Position numbers and translations under genes: made by a program
Origin: a candidate division FCPU426 bacterium
GTDB taxonomy: Bacteria; Oederibacteriota; PGYV01; Palsa-1178
Direction: 5' to 3'
DNA: 64,000 nt
Assembly (NCBI GenBank): GCA_963840035.1
Contig: CAWIXE010000001.1
Span: 192,001-256,000, forward strand
Part shown: positions 31,574-41,527 of the stretch, piece after piece
Numbering within the stretch: the first letter of the stretch is position 1
How the letters are laid out: every line of letters begins with the position of its first letter
Notes under the pieces: generated by a model
The model's database searches: none
The model's input: only the letters and a program-made list of their open reading frames with translations
Told to the model about the DNA's origin: nothing

Positions 31574-33493
31574 CTATTTGTTCAGAAATTCGTCTATCAG
31601 ACTGATTGCTTTTACAATGGAATTTGACTGAATTTTATTTTCATACGCTTTTTCTACCATATAAGCAATTGCGAGTGGATTTTTTAATAAATCACCAGCT
31701 TGGTCATAACGTCTTTCTGCTATTTCTTTATAAATAGAATATTTTATATCAAAATCCTTTTCAACTATTTTTGTAAGATTATTGTTCCACATTATTAAGT
31801 TATCACAATACACTGAATCCGTCGGCCATTCATTATTGCCATAATTATTAGTTAATTCTAAAATTTTTTTATTATCCTTTTTATGAAGAATTATTTCTGA
31901 TTCTTTTTGTTTGTCGTTATCTGAATCAAAAACTACAAATACAGGTATTTCAAGCATTTGTGCAACAGCTAAAGGTTTAATAATATTGCTTTTCCCCCCG
32001 ACTTGGATTATATGAGCCCCGGCCTTTCGAAAATCTAATGTTTTATCAAGTAGGCCTAAATATGTCATTATATACGCTATATCTTCGATTCCTTCAGTTA
32101 TAATTAATTTTTTACAAAAGAACATTTCATTTACAATCGGATTCAAAGTCGGATACAATTTCGCGAGCATTCCTTCTTCTTTTAAAACTTTATTATCTTC
32201 TTTTAACTTCGCCGCCAATTCTTTATATGTTACTCGCTTTGTATATGAACTACATGGATTTCCTTTTTCTCTTACCAAACGTATTGATTCTATATTATCC
32301 CCCGGAATAAACAGTGGACTATGGGAACAAATTACTAATTGTGAGTTTTTTGCTGACAGCTCTTGCAAAATTTCCGACAGATACCTTGCTTGCGGTGGAT
32401 GCTGATATATTTCAGGCTCTTCTATTCCCATTATAAGCGTTGGTTCCGATTCATCGTTTATTCCTGCTAATTCTTGCAAAAGCGCAAGCATATATGACCT
32501 TTGTAGACCGTGTCCAAATCTTGCTAATTCTCCCTCAAAACCCTTTTCTCCTAATTTAATATATGCAAAAGGTTCATCAACTTTTACTGACTTCTCTGCA
32601 TCTTGTTTCCATAAAACCTGAGCTGTAATTCCTGGATGAGACCATCTCTCGAGTCTTTGAGCAAGTGACGTAGATATTTCTTCAAGTATTTTTTGTTCAG
32701 ATTCAAGAATTTCCTTGTATTTTCCTTGAGTATCTTTTTTTAAATTATTAATCTTTTCTGCAAATTTTACTTTAGATCTGACCGTTCTTTCTAATAATTG
32801 TCCTAAGGCCGTTGTTTTACTTTCTTCTGTTTCCTTTGTTGCATCTTTCGTTGCAGAAACAAAAACCCATTGCACAAATTTTGATAGTTTATCAACTCCT
32901 CTGCTAACTCCATAAAAATTATCTTGGCTTGGAATATCTGTACATAATTCAGCGTGTTTTGATTCATATTCCAACAGTGCATCTCTCATTGCATCTTTCG
33001 TTCCAGGCTTAGGTAGATCTGAATAAGTCTGCATAATTTCAATATAGAAATCTTTCAATTCTGCTACTTTTGCACCATTTTTTTCTTTTTCAAAAAAACC
33101 ACGAAATTCATTGATTCCTTTTCTGCTGCCAAATTGTTTTATTTCCGCCTTGCCTGTAATTTCATCATAATTTGCCACCGCGGAAATGATTAACTTGTCA
33201 AGTCTAACGTAATTCGCAAGTTCATGTTTAGCTTCTTCATTCAAATCATTAAACGTAACAGTAATTTTTATTGGCTCGTTCGTTTGACTGTGATGAAAGT
33301 CTTCCTTGCTTAATTTGGACATATCCGTTTGGCAATCTTTATACTGTCTAAAAAATACATTTAAAGCATTAAGGATTGTTGATTTACCAGCACCATTACT
33401 ACCTATAAAGCAGTTATAATTATCAAAACTAATTGTTTCATCTTTAAAACATCTAAAATTTTCTATTCTTATTCCTTCAATTTTCATTTCCAC
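31574..33493 (-). CDS. OLD-family ATP-dependent nuclease (ABC ATPase + TOPRIM)
   Basis: IENFRCF, GSNGAGKS, GHGLQR, IEEPE, SHSP; TOPRIM EGIED..GGK..DSD. Confidence 0.88.
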   Translation of the reverse strand: MEMKIEGIRIENFRCFKDETISFDNYNCFIGSNGAGKSTILNALNVFFRQYKDCQTDMSKLSKEDFHHSQTNEPIKITVTFNDLNEEAKHELANYVRLDKLIISAVANYDEITGKAEIKQFGSRKGINEFRGFFEKEKNGAKVAELKDFYIEIMQTYSDLPKPGTKDAMRDALLEYESKHAELCTDIPSQDNFYGVSRGVDKLSKFVQWVFVSATKDATKETEESKTTALGQLLERTVRSKVKFAEKINNLKKDTQGKYKEILESEQKILEEISTSLAQRLERWSHPGITAQVLWKQDAEKSVKVDEPFAYIKLGEKGFEGELARFGHGLQRSYMLALLQELAGINDESEPTLIMGIEEPEIYQHPPQARYLSEILQELSAKNSQLVICSHSPLFIPGDNIESIRLVREKGNPCSSYTKRVTYKELAAKLKEDNKVLKEEGMLAKLYPTLNPIVNEMFFCKKLIITEGIEDIAYIMTYLGLLDKTLDFRKAGAHIIQVGGKSNIIKPLAVAQMLEIPVFVVFDSDNDKQKESEIILHKKDNKKILELTNNYGNNEWPTDSVYCDNLIMWNNNLTKIVEKDFDIKYSIYKEIAERRYDQAGDLLKNPLAIAYMVEKAYENKIQSNSIVKAISLIDEFLNK

Positions 33494-33550
33494 CTCAACA
33501 ATATAAGCCCCAAAAAAAATAGTATCAGGACCTGTTTGTAATTCTCTTTC

Positions 33551-33646
33551 CTACTTATGCGGCAAATACCCCTTAAACATAAAATACGCCCCAACCGCCA
33601 GCGATACGGTGGCGACTATGAAGAGGATTACCATGGCGCAGTCGTT
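33551..33646 (-). pseudogene. Diverged duplicate of the last 32 codons of the gene at 36407-37279
   Basis: Translates NDCAMVILFIVATVSLAVGAYFMFKGYLPHK* versus NGCAVVILFIIATVALAAGAYFMFKGYIPHK*. Confidence 0.85.
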
Positions 33647-33812
33647 TAGAATTGGTACCAGACCTCGAGTTGATAGTTAATAATCAAGTTTAATTATACC
33701 CAGGTTTTATCAACTATTAACTCGAATTCTGGTGCCATCTCGTTCTCTTGTCCTTTTCCTATATCCAATTCTTACTACTCCTTTTTATATACTATAATTA
33801 CAATCTATTCTT

Positions 33813-34853
33813 CTATTTAACCTCAGATTCTATTTTATAACCTTTATCATCCAACCATCGAGACACCTCTTTGTTGATTGTGTTTTCTATATTTCTCGGA
33901 CTAAACATCTTATATAATTTTCCGATTAGATCCGCATGTAACACTTTGAGTACTTTATTCTTAATCAAACATATTGGCTTCTTTAATGCTAACATATACC
34001 CTACTTCTAATGAAACGTTCGGATTAAATTCATTTTTATCTAGTTTATCAAAAATTGCTATCCCAAATTTACAGCAATTCATATAAGTCATTACATTTGG
34101 AAATAAATCGGCGTGATATTCCTTATCATCTGCGCGCAATCCAATTATGCCATATCTAAATAAAGTATCTTTTATCGATTTTACGACTATCCTATTTTTT
34201 TTAGATTCTTTAAAGTGCATCATAATAAATGCGGTTTTATTTTGATCTGGAAAATCTTTTTTAAATTTTTGTACACTTTTTTTTATTTCCTCTGGTAGCT
34301 GGTTTTGAAACTGTAAAACATCAGCATTTGATTTTGTAGCTTGAAGTTTTTCATTCATGTCGATTATGCCTTTAGAGGCACTTATCATCAAAGCATTAAA
34401 TGTGTTTGGATTATTTTTAAATCGTTTAATATTATTTGATAAAAATTCTTTTGGCTCAATTTTATCTTTTGCAAATTCTTCTATTTTATTTAATGCATCA
34501 GTATTTTTACCACTTATTATTAGTGTTTGAATATGCTTTAGCTCCGGACTAACAAATAAATCATTTTTATTATCCTTTATTTCTTCAATATTCGAATTTA
34601 AACCAATAACAGCGTCAACAAATCCTAAAATTTCTTGAATATTGCTATTCCGGAACAACTCTCCGAAATAACTACTTTCAAATCTTGTTTTAAAATTTAT
34701 GCAGTCTCCTCCGAGTAATTCCAAATATTTCAAGCATTGTATCTTCCACGATATATATTTATGTTTTTCTGAAGCTTTTTCATTCAATAGCAACAAATCT
34801 TCTCCTGTTTTCATTAAATCTATTAATTTATTTATAATCTCTTTTTTTTCCAT
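33813..34853 (-). CDS. Protein with C-terminal TIR-like / nucleoside 2-deoxyribosyltransferase-like domain
   Basis: AFIMMHF..RADD..GIAIF..NPNVSLEVGYMLAL..DL. Confidence 0.7.
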   Translation of the reverse strand: MEKKEIINKLIDLMKTGEDLLLLNEKASEKHKYISWKIQCLKYLELLGGDCINFKTRFESSYFGELFRNSNIQEILGFVDAVIGLNSNIEEIKDNKNDLFVSPELKHIQTLIISGKNTDALNKIEEFAKDKIEPKEFLSNNIKRFKNNPNTFNALMISASKGIIDMNEKLQATKSNADVLQFQNQLPEEIKKSVQKFKKDFPDQNKTAFIMMHFKESKKNRIVVKSIKDTLFRYGIIGLRADDKEYHADLFPNVMTYMNCCKFGIAIFDKLDKNEFNPNVSLEVGYMLALKKPICLIKNKVLKVLHADLIGKLYKMFSPRNIENTINKEVSRWLDDKGYKIESEVK

Positions 34854-35011
34854 AATACCACCTTTTTATAATAGCGTTAAAAAAATCCTCTCATAAATAG
34901 ATTTACAAGTTTTTGTATTTTGTGTTACTCATTAAGTAATGATATCATTTCCTTATTTATTGAATAAAGGTGTCAGATCCTGATTCATGATTCTATTCCC
35001 ATCCCCCACCC

Positions 35012-35539
35012 TCAAGCCAGCATCTTAATCATCAAAAACGGTATTGCCCCTGATACTGCTATGCCGTATATAAGGTCCAACCAAACCACCGACCCTATAG
35101 CCCCCAAATATATAAGCCCCACAATAGGCACGCCTATTATCTTAATTCCTATAGGGGTTTCCTTTGCCGTCACCGACTCCCAAATATTCTTAGCATCCCC
35201 GGTAGAAGGGAAAGCATGCATGGTTATGGATATTCCTATCCACATTATGAGGAAGTCAAAGGCCGAGCCTGTATCGAACTTTACTATGGATATGACCGCG
35301 GGCATGGCTATCAGGGCTCCTAATATGCTGTTTACTATGAAGGGGCCTATGCCTATTAACAGGTTCTTTTTCGGGTTGTTTGTCCTCTCGTGAAGCACGT
35401 AGCCTACCGGGTTGGCTAGCTGGAAGTACTTTACTTCAAAGACCGCCACCCTTGCCCAGCGGCAGAAGAGCTGGTGGGCCAGTTCGTGGACTATTACTCC
35501 GGGGAATGTGACTAAGCTAATGAGCCATCCTGGTATCAT
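35012..35539 (-). CDS. Membrane zinc metalloprotease (DUF3267/M50-like)
   Basis: PGVIVHELAH (HExxH), GPF, FPSTGD. Confidence 0.8.
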   Translation of the reverse strand: MIPGWLISLVTFPGVIVHELAHQLFCRWARVAVFEVKYFQLANPVGYVLHERTNNPKKNLLIGIGPFIVNSILGALIAMPAVISIVKFDTGSAFDFLIMWIGISITMHAFPSTGDAKNIWESVTAKETPIGIKIIGVPIVGLIYLGAIGSVVWLDLIYGIAVSGAIPFLMIKMLA

Positions 35540-36096
35540 TTTGTCACCTTCTTTGATTTCTTTTTTACCACGGGTTTTTTCTTCTCTTCCATGGCTTTTT
35601 TCTGCGCCAGGAGTTTCGCGTCGTAGTCGTCGAAGACAGCCTGGACATCAGCCACGAGGGTCTTGGACATTTCCTTTCCCGCTAGCGGGTCGAGGATTTC
35701 CATGGCTTCGTTATACGCGCCCCCTTTATACATGGATACGCCGAGGCGGACTGTTATTAATGTCGAGTCTTTGAATTGTTCCCGGGCTTTTGTGTACTGC
35801 TCTACCGCGGCCTTGTAGTCCTTCGCGGCTTCGGCTCTTTGGCCGCGCTCAAAGGCTATGCCGGCTCCTAATGCCTCGGGGAATTTCATAAATGCCACAG
35901 CCGCGAGTATGAGGAATAAGCCGAGCATTATTTTTACAAACAGCGGTATGGGGAACTTCGCGTACTTGTCCCTGCACGCGGCGCATAAGGGCGTTAAGTG
36001 GCCGTGCTCTATAATTTTGCTGCCGCACGCGGCGCAGGCGTTGGGGTCTGCGGGGGGCGGTTCTGGCTGCTGTTGGGGCTGGTCTTGGTCTGTCAT
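35536..36096 (-). CDS. Zinc-ribbon + TM + TPR protein
   Basis: CAAC..CAAC, one TM helix, TPR-like helices; 4-bp overlap with the protease gene. Confidence 0.7.
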   Translation of the reverse strand: MTDQDQPQQQPEPPPADPNACAACGSKIIEHGHLTPLCAACRDKYAKFPIPLFVKIMLGLFLILAAVAFMKFPEALGAGIAFERGQRAEAAKDYKAAVEQYTKAREQFKDSTLITVRLGVSMYKGGAYNEAMEILDPLAGKEMSKTLVADVQAVFDDYDAKLLAQKKAMEEKKKPVVKKKSKKVTK

Positions 36097-36197
36097 GAGG
36101 CCTCCTTTAAGGGCGAATTAACAATTTACAATTAAGAATTAACAATTATGGAGTGCTGGTGCACTTTACATTATATATAGGGCAAAAGCCTGCGTTG

Positions 36198-36380
36198 CGG
36201 GCGAGCCACCGGCTCGCCCCTACGAAAACAAGAACAAGGCCAAACCCTACGTCATTTTGTAGGGGCGATTCACGAATCGCCCGCCTTAATAACGTTGGGT
36301 ACTCGTAATTGCATTTACAAAGAACAAAAACATTACGGGAACAAAACCTTCGTTTGGGCGATTCGTGAATCGCCCCTACA
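36198..36380. repeat. GTAGGGGCG-family REPs/REPIN
   Basis: gggcgagccaccggctcgcccctac; gtaggggcgattcacgaatcgccc ... gggcgattcgtgaatcgcccctac. Confidence 0.85.
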
Positions 36381-36406
36381 AATACAAGAACAAATCATAT
36401 ACCGCA

Positions 36407-37279
36407 TTACTTATGCGGGATGTATCCTTTGAACATGAAATATGCTCCCGCGGCTAACGCTACGGTGGCTATGATGAATAATATTACTACGGCGCAGCCG
36501 TTTGCTTTTGGTTTTAATGCTTCAGCGTCTGAGAGTTCCGGGGAGCCTTGTTTGGCTTCCTTTATCTTGCTAAATAACATAAACTGCACGGCTATTGAGT
36601 AGGGCATTATTAGAGCCTGCAGGGCGTAGATGCCTATGTTGAAGACCATGTTATCCCTCAGGGCTTGTATGGCCTGGGCGGATTTGGCTGACATCATCGC
36701 GTATATGTATGGGCCTGCTATGGCGGCTACTATGGGGAGGAATATTAGTGTTGCGGCCAGGCCGTAGAGGACTATGGTCCAGAAGTAACCTTTTACAAGC
36801 GCCGCGCTGTACTTAAAGGGGCTTACTGTTTTGGGGTCTTCGAGGATTACGGCGTATATTACGAAGCAGTATATGATCGCAAGGTATATGCCGGGGATGA
36901 TAAGCAGGAGCGCGGCGTACATTACTATGAAACCCATGAGCATCGCGTTCAGGAAGTAGGGCCAGATTTTGTTTAAGGATACGGAGTAGCTTTCCTTATA
37001 CGCGGCTGCGCCGCTTTCTTTGGCTTTTGCCATGGCTTTTATTATGGCGACCGTGGACCACAGCGTGAGGAATGTGCCAAGCAGGCTTAACGGCAGGACT
37101 GCGGCGGCTATGAGTTTGCTTCCGTTTGTGGGGATGGGGACTATTATTATTTGCACTATGACGGCTGTGAGGGCTATGGGGAAGAAGACTTGGTAGTGTT
37201 TGGTGGCGAAGCGGAAGGCTTCTACGATGGTGGACCAGATGGGGATTTTAACGCGCTGTGGGGTGGTGGTTGTTTTCAT
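36407..37279 (-). CDS. Multi-TM membrane protein (YciC/UPF0259-like)
   Basis: About seven TM helices; LLLIIPGIY..S..LVKG.FW motif shared with 23625-25460. Confidence 0.7.
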   Translation of the reverse strand: MKTTTTPQRVKIPIWSTIVEAFRFATKHYQVFFPIALTAVIVQIIIVPIPTNGSKLIAAAVLPLSLLGTFLTLWSTVAIIKAMAKAKESGAAAYKESYSVSLNKIWPYFLNAMLMGFIVMYAALLLIIPGIYLAIIYCFVIYAVILEDPKTVSPFKYSAALVKGYFWTIVLYGLAATLIFLPIVAAIAGPYIYAMMSAKSAQAIQALRDNMVFNIGIYALQALIMPYSIAVQFMLFSKIKEAKQGSPELSDAEALKPKANGCAVVILFIIATVALAAGAYFMFKGYIPHK

Positions 37280-37308
37280 TTAATACCTCCGTTTTAATAT
37301 CCAACTTT

Positions 37309-37743
37309 GAGCCGCAGCAAGCAGCGGCTCTACGAGACCTTGTAGGGGCGATTCATGAATCGCCCGCCTTAACTGCGGGTGCGGTGCTGGCGGTCCTTGG
37401 GTCGCCTTACCTCGTGGTGGTGCTGCTTCACCCTCTCCCCAGCCCTCTCCCTTCGAGGGAGAGGGGGGAACGACAAAACCAAAACAAATCCCGCGTTGCG
37501 GGCCGCCACATGGGGCGGCCCCTACAGGGGACGATAATGAACAATTTCTAATTCACAAAACGGGAACAGTCCCTGGTTTGTGAATGCCTGCGTTGGGCGA
37601 TTCGTGAATCGCCCCTACAAAAACCGTGCGTTGCGTGCGAGCCATCCGTCTTCTCCCATACAAGAACAATACAATCCTTTTGTAGGGGCGATTCATGAAT
37701 CGCCCGCCTTTAAAACGTTGGGCAATTCGTAAATTGCCCCTAC
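37309..37743. repeat. Cluster of mixed REP families
   Basis: gagccgc..gcggctctac, gtaggggcgattcatgaatcgccc (x2 plus inverted copies), CCCTCTCC hairpin, gggccgcc..ggcggcccctac. Confidence 0.8.
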
Positions 37744-38019
37744 AAAATCAAAAATATGCTGGTTATTATCTTATTTGTAATGATGATAAAAATACGGATG
37801 CGGTAAAGTTATTATGAGATTGATTTTTTTGTTCAGGACGGTTATAAGCACATCTTCTCCCTGTGAGTCTGCTGGTCTTTGTGCCCTTATGTAAATATGT
37901 TAACACAGGCAGGGTTTAAATTCAACGGTAAACAGTGCGACATACAGAATACCTCAGAAATCCTCTTCTTATTCCCCTTTCTGAGACAAAGAGGGATGAG
38001 ATGGTGCTTTCTGAAGTCT

Positions 38020-39326
38020 TTATGGCACTATATTCATCAGCGTGTAATCGTAGTTTGAAAAGATGAACTCGTACGGATATGCCACGTCACCCGTTATCAC
38101 GGCTTTTTGGGCCACTTCAACCACTATCATCACATATCCGCTTGAGGGCGACTGCAGCATGCCGGCTTTAAAGGTAAAGGATGTGTTAGTCCCCGGGATG
38201 TACGTGTCCACATAATATGTATAGGGCGTCGGGCCGAATATGTCATAAGCCACGACATGCACCAGCGGCGGGACATCGCCCACATAATTCCAGAATATCG
38301 AAAAATCAGCCGTGATGGGGAAAGGTACCTGGGGCATGAGCCAGAGCCTCGGGTATCCTAATGATACCAATGACGCTGACGCAGTCTGGGTGCCCGTGTC
38401 CACGCTGAAATTAACCGTTGTCCCCTCATCATAATAAAGCCCTGGCTGGTTGTAACTGTACCTTCCCGGCTCCATGAAAAACACCGGTTCCAGGACGACC
38501 CCGTTCATGGTTACGGTGGCGGCAGGTATCGGCACGGTGCAGGCTTCATCCGAAAAGAGCATGCAGTTTCCGCTGGCAATGAAAGGAGGTCCTGCGTCCC
38601 ACCATGGCTGTGATAATACCGCGACATTATTCATGTATATTCCCCCGGCCACGGCTGTCAGTGTCAGGGTGGCAGTCGGGGTCACTGTGGATGTCACATC
38701 CTCTGTTTCTGTTGATGTTTGTGTTGCCGTATATGATATCTCTTCCGTGAGTGTCTGTGTGACGGTTTCCGTTTCCGTATCTGTTATTGTCACCGTCTCC
38801 GTGGCGGTTTGTGTATGTGTCTGCGTCACGGACTCCGTGGCTGTTGCGGTTGCCGTGCCGGTCGCGCTTTGCGTGCGCGTTGATGTCACTGTAACTGTTG
38901 CTGTCATGGTTTTTGTCCCTGATGCCGTGGCAGAGCCTGTGGGCACGACGTATGGGTGCGTGTTTGTGTGGCGGTGGCGGGCTGGGTATAAGTGCTGGTG
39001 GCCGTGTTCTGCACCGTAGAAGTCAAAGTAAAGGTCATGGTTGCCGTATCTGCCTGCGTGAATGTTTTAGTGGCCGAGGGCGTCGCCGTGGCTGTGTTTG
39101 CGGGCGTATTTGTTTTGGTGGCGGTATTTGCCGGGGTATTAGTCCTGGTTGCCGTATTTCCCGGCGTGCGCGTCCTGGTGGGCGTGGGAGACGCAGTCGA
39201 TATCCTGGTAAAAGTGGAAGTAGCCGTGGCATTCACCGAAGGCGCCATGGGGTTGAAACGCTTGGAGGAACACGAGGACATATAAAAACACATGATTACG
39301 ACAAATAATACCAAGAATTTTTTCAT
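38020..39326 (-). pseudogene. Thr-rich lipoprotein split by a frameshift near 38946 (or a sequencing error)
   Basis: ORF 38904-39326 has lipobox MSSC and a Thr tract that continues in another frame as ORF 38020-38946. Confidence 0.7.
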
Positions 39327-39408
39327 TGATTCTCCCTTTTCCGCTTATGGAAAATATTACCATAAGCAATTAAGGAAGGCAACAGGATTGCATCGCATGT
39401 GAAGCCTT

Positions 39409-40619
39409 GGTAAGTTGCAAGTTTTAATGCACCACTCCCTGAATCCCACACATTTTTCTTGTAGCATTTTGAATTATCATGTCGTTGGCTGTTTTGTATC
39501 CAAATATCCCTCTGGGATAGTTGTTTATCCAATTTTGGGCCTTTTTTACCGTTTCTACAGACACTTCCCCTATATCCGTCCCTTTAGGTACGAACCGCCT
39601 TATTATGCGGTTTGTATTCTCGTTGGTTCCTCTTTCAAAAGAACTGAAAGGATGCGCGTAATATAGCATGGTCCTTTTTGTCCCTGGCTTTAATTTACTC
39701 TCTTCAAGGGTTCTCCAATCGAGAAACTCCGAACCGTTGTCTGCGGTTATCGTCTTGAATATCCTGGCAAACAAACCGCCATAAGTCCTTTCGAGTCCAG
39801 TCAACGCCTTGTCCACTTCTTCGACCTTGCAACAGTTCATCTTAATTATTATTTCCTGTCTTGTCATACGTTCGCTGATTGTCAGAAGACATGCTCTTGT
39901 CCATTTAATACCCTTAACAACATCTATCTCCCAGTGACCATACTCCGTTCTTTCGTTTGCCGCCTTTGGTCTTTCTTCTATGCTCTTGAAAAGCCTGCTT
40001 CTATTTACTTTTCCGACCTTCCGATACTTCTTTTTACGCCTTCCTCCATATACCAGTTCTGCTTCTCCAACACCTGCAAACACACCGGAATGTATATAAT
40101 TGTAAACTGTCTTTATGCACAGATATGTCTTAAACCCCAGCTTGGTTCGCATTATTTCGCCTATTACTGCTGCCGGCGAATACTTATCCTGCGTTATCTT
40201 CCGTTCTATATGCCTGCTTAGTTCGTGGTCAAACCCGATCTTTAACGGGCGTCCTTTGTTCTTTTGTTTTTCATCATAGTCCAGCTGTCCATGATCGGCC
40301 CTATATACCAATCTCTCTTTGAGTTCCCAATCCGTCTGTATTACAGAACCTCTTTTTATCTCACGATTTATCGTGCTTGGGTCTCTTCCAAGTTGTTCGG
40401 CTATCTCACGCCCAGTACACTTCTTATCGCGCAGAGCCTCAATCTGGTACCGTTCTTTTAAACTTAAATACTTGTTTTTCCTGTCCCTTGTGGTAATCTT
40501 GACTTGTCCCATCATTCACCTCGTGTTTTTTATGGTGTCTTCGCAAACAACATAATAACACAAGTGCTTGGTGGGACTTTTTATTTACTCAGATGGTGCA
40601 TTTCATCTTACACTTTTTA
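39409..40619 (-). mobile_element. IS30-family insertion sequence with 15-bp flanking direct repeat
   Basis: Imperfect 26-bp IRs ggtaagttgcaagttttaatgcacca / tggtgcatttcatcttacacttttta; cgcatgtgaagcctt at 39394-39408 and 40620-40634. Confidence 0.9.
39424..40515 (-). CDS. IS30-family DDE transposase
   Basis: IAEQLGRDPSTINREIKRG; GHWEID; TADNGSEF; ERGTNENTNRIIRRFVPKG; INNYPR. Confidence 0.95.
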   Translation of the reverse strand: MMGQVKITTRDRKNKYLSLKERYQIEALRDKKCTGREIAEQLGRDPSTINREIKRGSVIQTDWELKERLVYRADHGQLDYDEKQKNKGRPLKIGFDHELSRHIERKITQDKYSPAAVIGEIMRTKLGFKTYLCIKTVYNYIHSGVFAGVGEAELVYGGRRKKKYRKVGKVNRSRLFKSIEERPKAANERTEYGHWEIDVVKGIKWTRACLLTISERMTRQEIIIKMNCCKVEEVDKALTGLERTYGGLFARIFKTITADNGSEFLDWRTLEESKLKPGTKRTMLYYAHPFSSFERGTNENTNRIIRRFVPKGTDIGEVSVETVKKAQNWINNYPRGIFGYKTANDMIIQNATRKMCGIQGVVH

Positions 40620-40752
40620 CGCATGTGAAGCCTTACGCTTTATTTCACCTCACCCTACCCTCTCCTAAGGAGGAGAGGGAAAAAAAGCAAACAAGGGCGC
40701 CCTTTTCAGTACGCCCTTGTTTGCCACCCACTACTCACCACCCACTACCCAC

Positions 40753-41516
40753 CTACATAACCCTCCTCTTCACCCGATAATCCACATTATTCCCCACCCA
40801 CTTCCACAGCTCCGCCTGTTCTTCCGGGGCTATGCCTTGTTTTTCCTTTTCTTTCCAGCCGTTCATTACGTCCTTATCCACGGGCCAGAGCCTTATCCTG
40901 TTTGACTTTATTTCCTTTTCCCATTTGCCCGCCATCACCGGTGTGGGGTAGAGCAGCCTTAAGGTTATGTTCCTTGCAAGGTACTCAAGCGAGGAGAGGT
41001 CCACGTTTTTAACGGCCTGCGCGGTTATCTTGCCGCTTTTGCCAACTATCTCGGGTTCGCCGTCGGTGACTATTATTATCTGCACCGGGGCAAGCACCAG
41101 GTTCTTTTTTTGTATCAGGCTTTTTACCTTGCCGAAGAAGGCGTTAAAATCCGTGACTGACTGTTTGGGCACCAGCCATTTATTCAGGTCAGCTTCTATC
41201 TCATCCACTGACTTTGACTCAAAGTCCTCAAGGGGCCTGAATGACTTCGGCTCATCCGCGGAGAACCCTCCCACCTCAGCCACAAAGAGCGCCTTGGGCT
41301 GCTTTAACCCGCCCAGGCCGTGGATGTGGCCGTAAATATAATAGGAGATGAACCTTATCGAGTCTTTGTAATACGGAAGCTTAGTAAACGAGCCGCTTGT
41401 GTCTATGCCTATGAAGATGGTCTCCCTCTTCATCCTTTTCTCCGTCTCTCCCCCATGGTGCAGCCGGTGAGGATAAGCGATACTGCCAGAAACGACGCGA
41501 GCAATAATTTTTTCAT
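40753..41516 (-). CDS. VWA-like lipoprotein; signal peptide separated by a frameshift at a G5 tract
   Basis: MIDAS-like IDTSGS..TD..VTDG in 40753-41433; upstream ggagg + MKKLLLASFLAVSLILTGC from 41516 is out of frame. Confidence 0.65.
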
Positions 41517-41527
41517 GGCTTTCCTCC

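Noticed and set aside
31574..33493. Gabija or retron system
   Set aside because: No UvrD-like GajB or reverse transcriptase is adjacent
33551..36502. DGR template/variable repeat pair
   Set aside because: Differences are not adenine-specific and are mostly synonymous; no RT in the window
5875..37279. Classical integron with attC sites
   Set aside because: No consistent RYYYAAC..GTTRRRY boxes after the genes and no intI seen
37745..37870. Possible remnant of a gene with an EIDF motif
   Set aside because: Too short and interrupted by stops to support a call
38935..38955. Programmed frameshift in the Thr-rich lipoprotein
   Set aside because: No slippery or homopolymer sequence at the shift; a simple 1-bp loss or sequencing error is more likely
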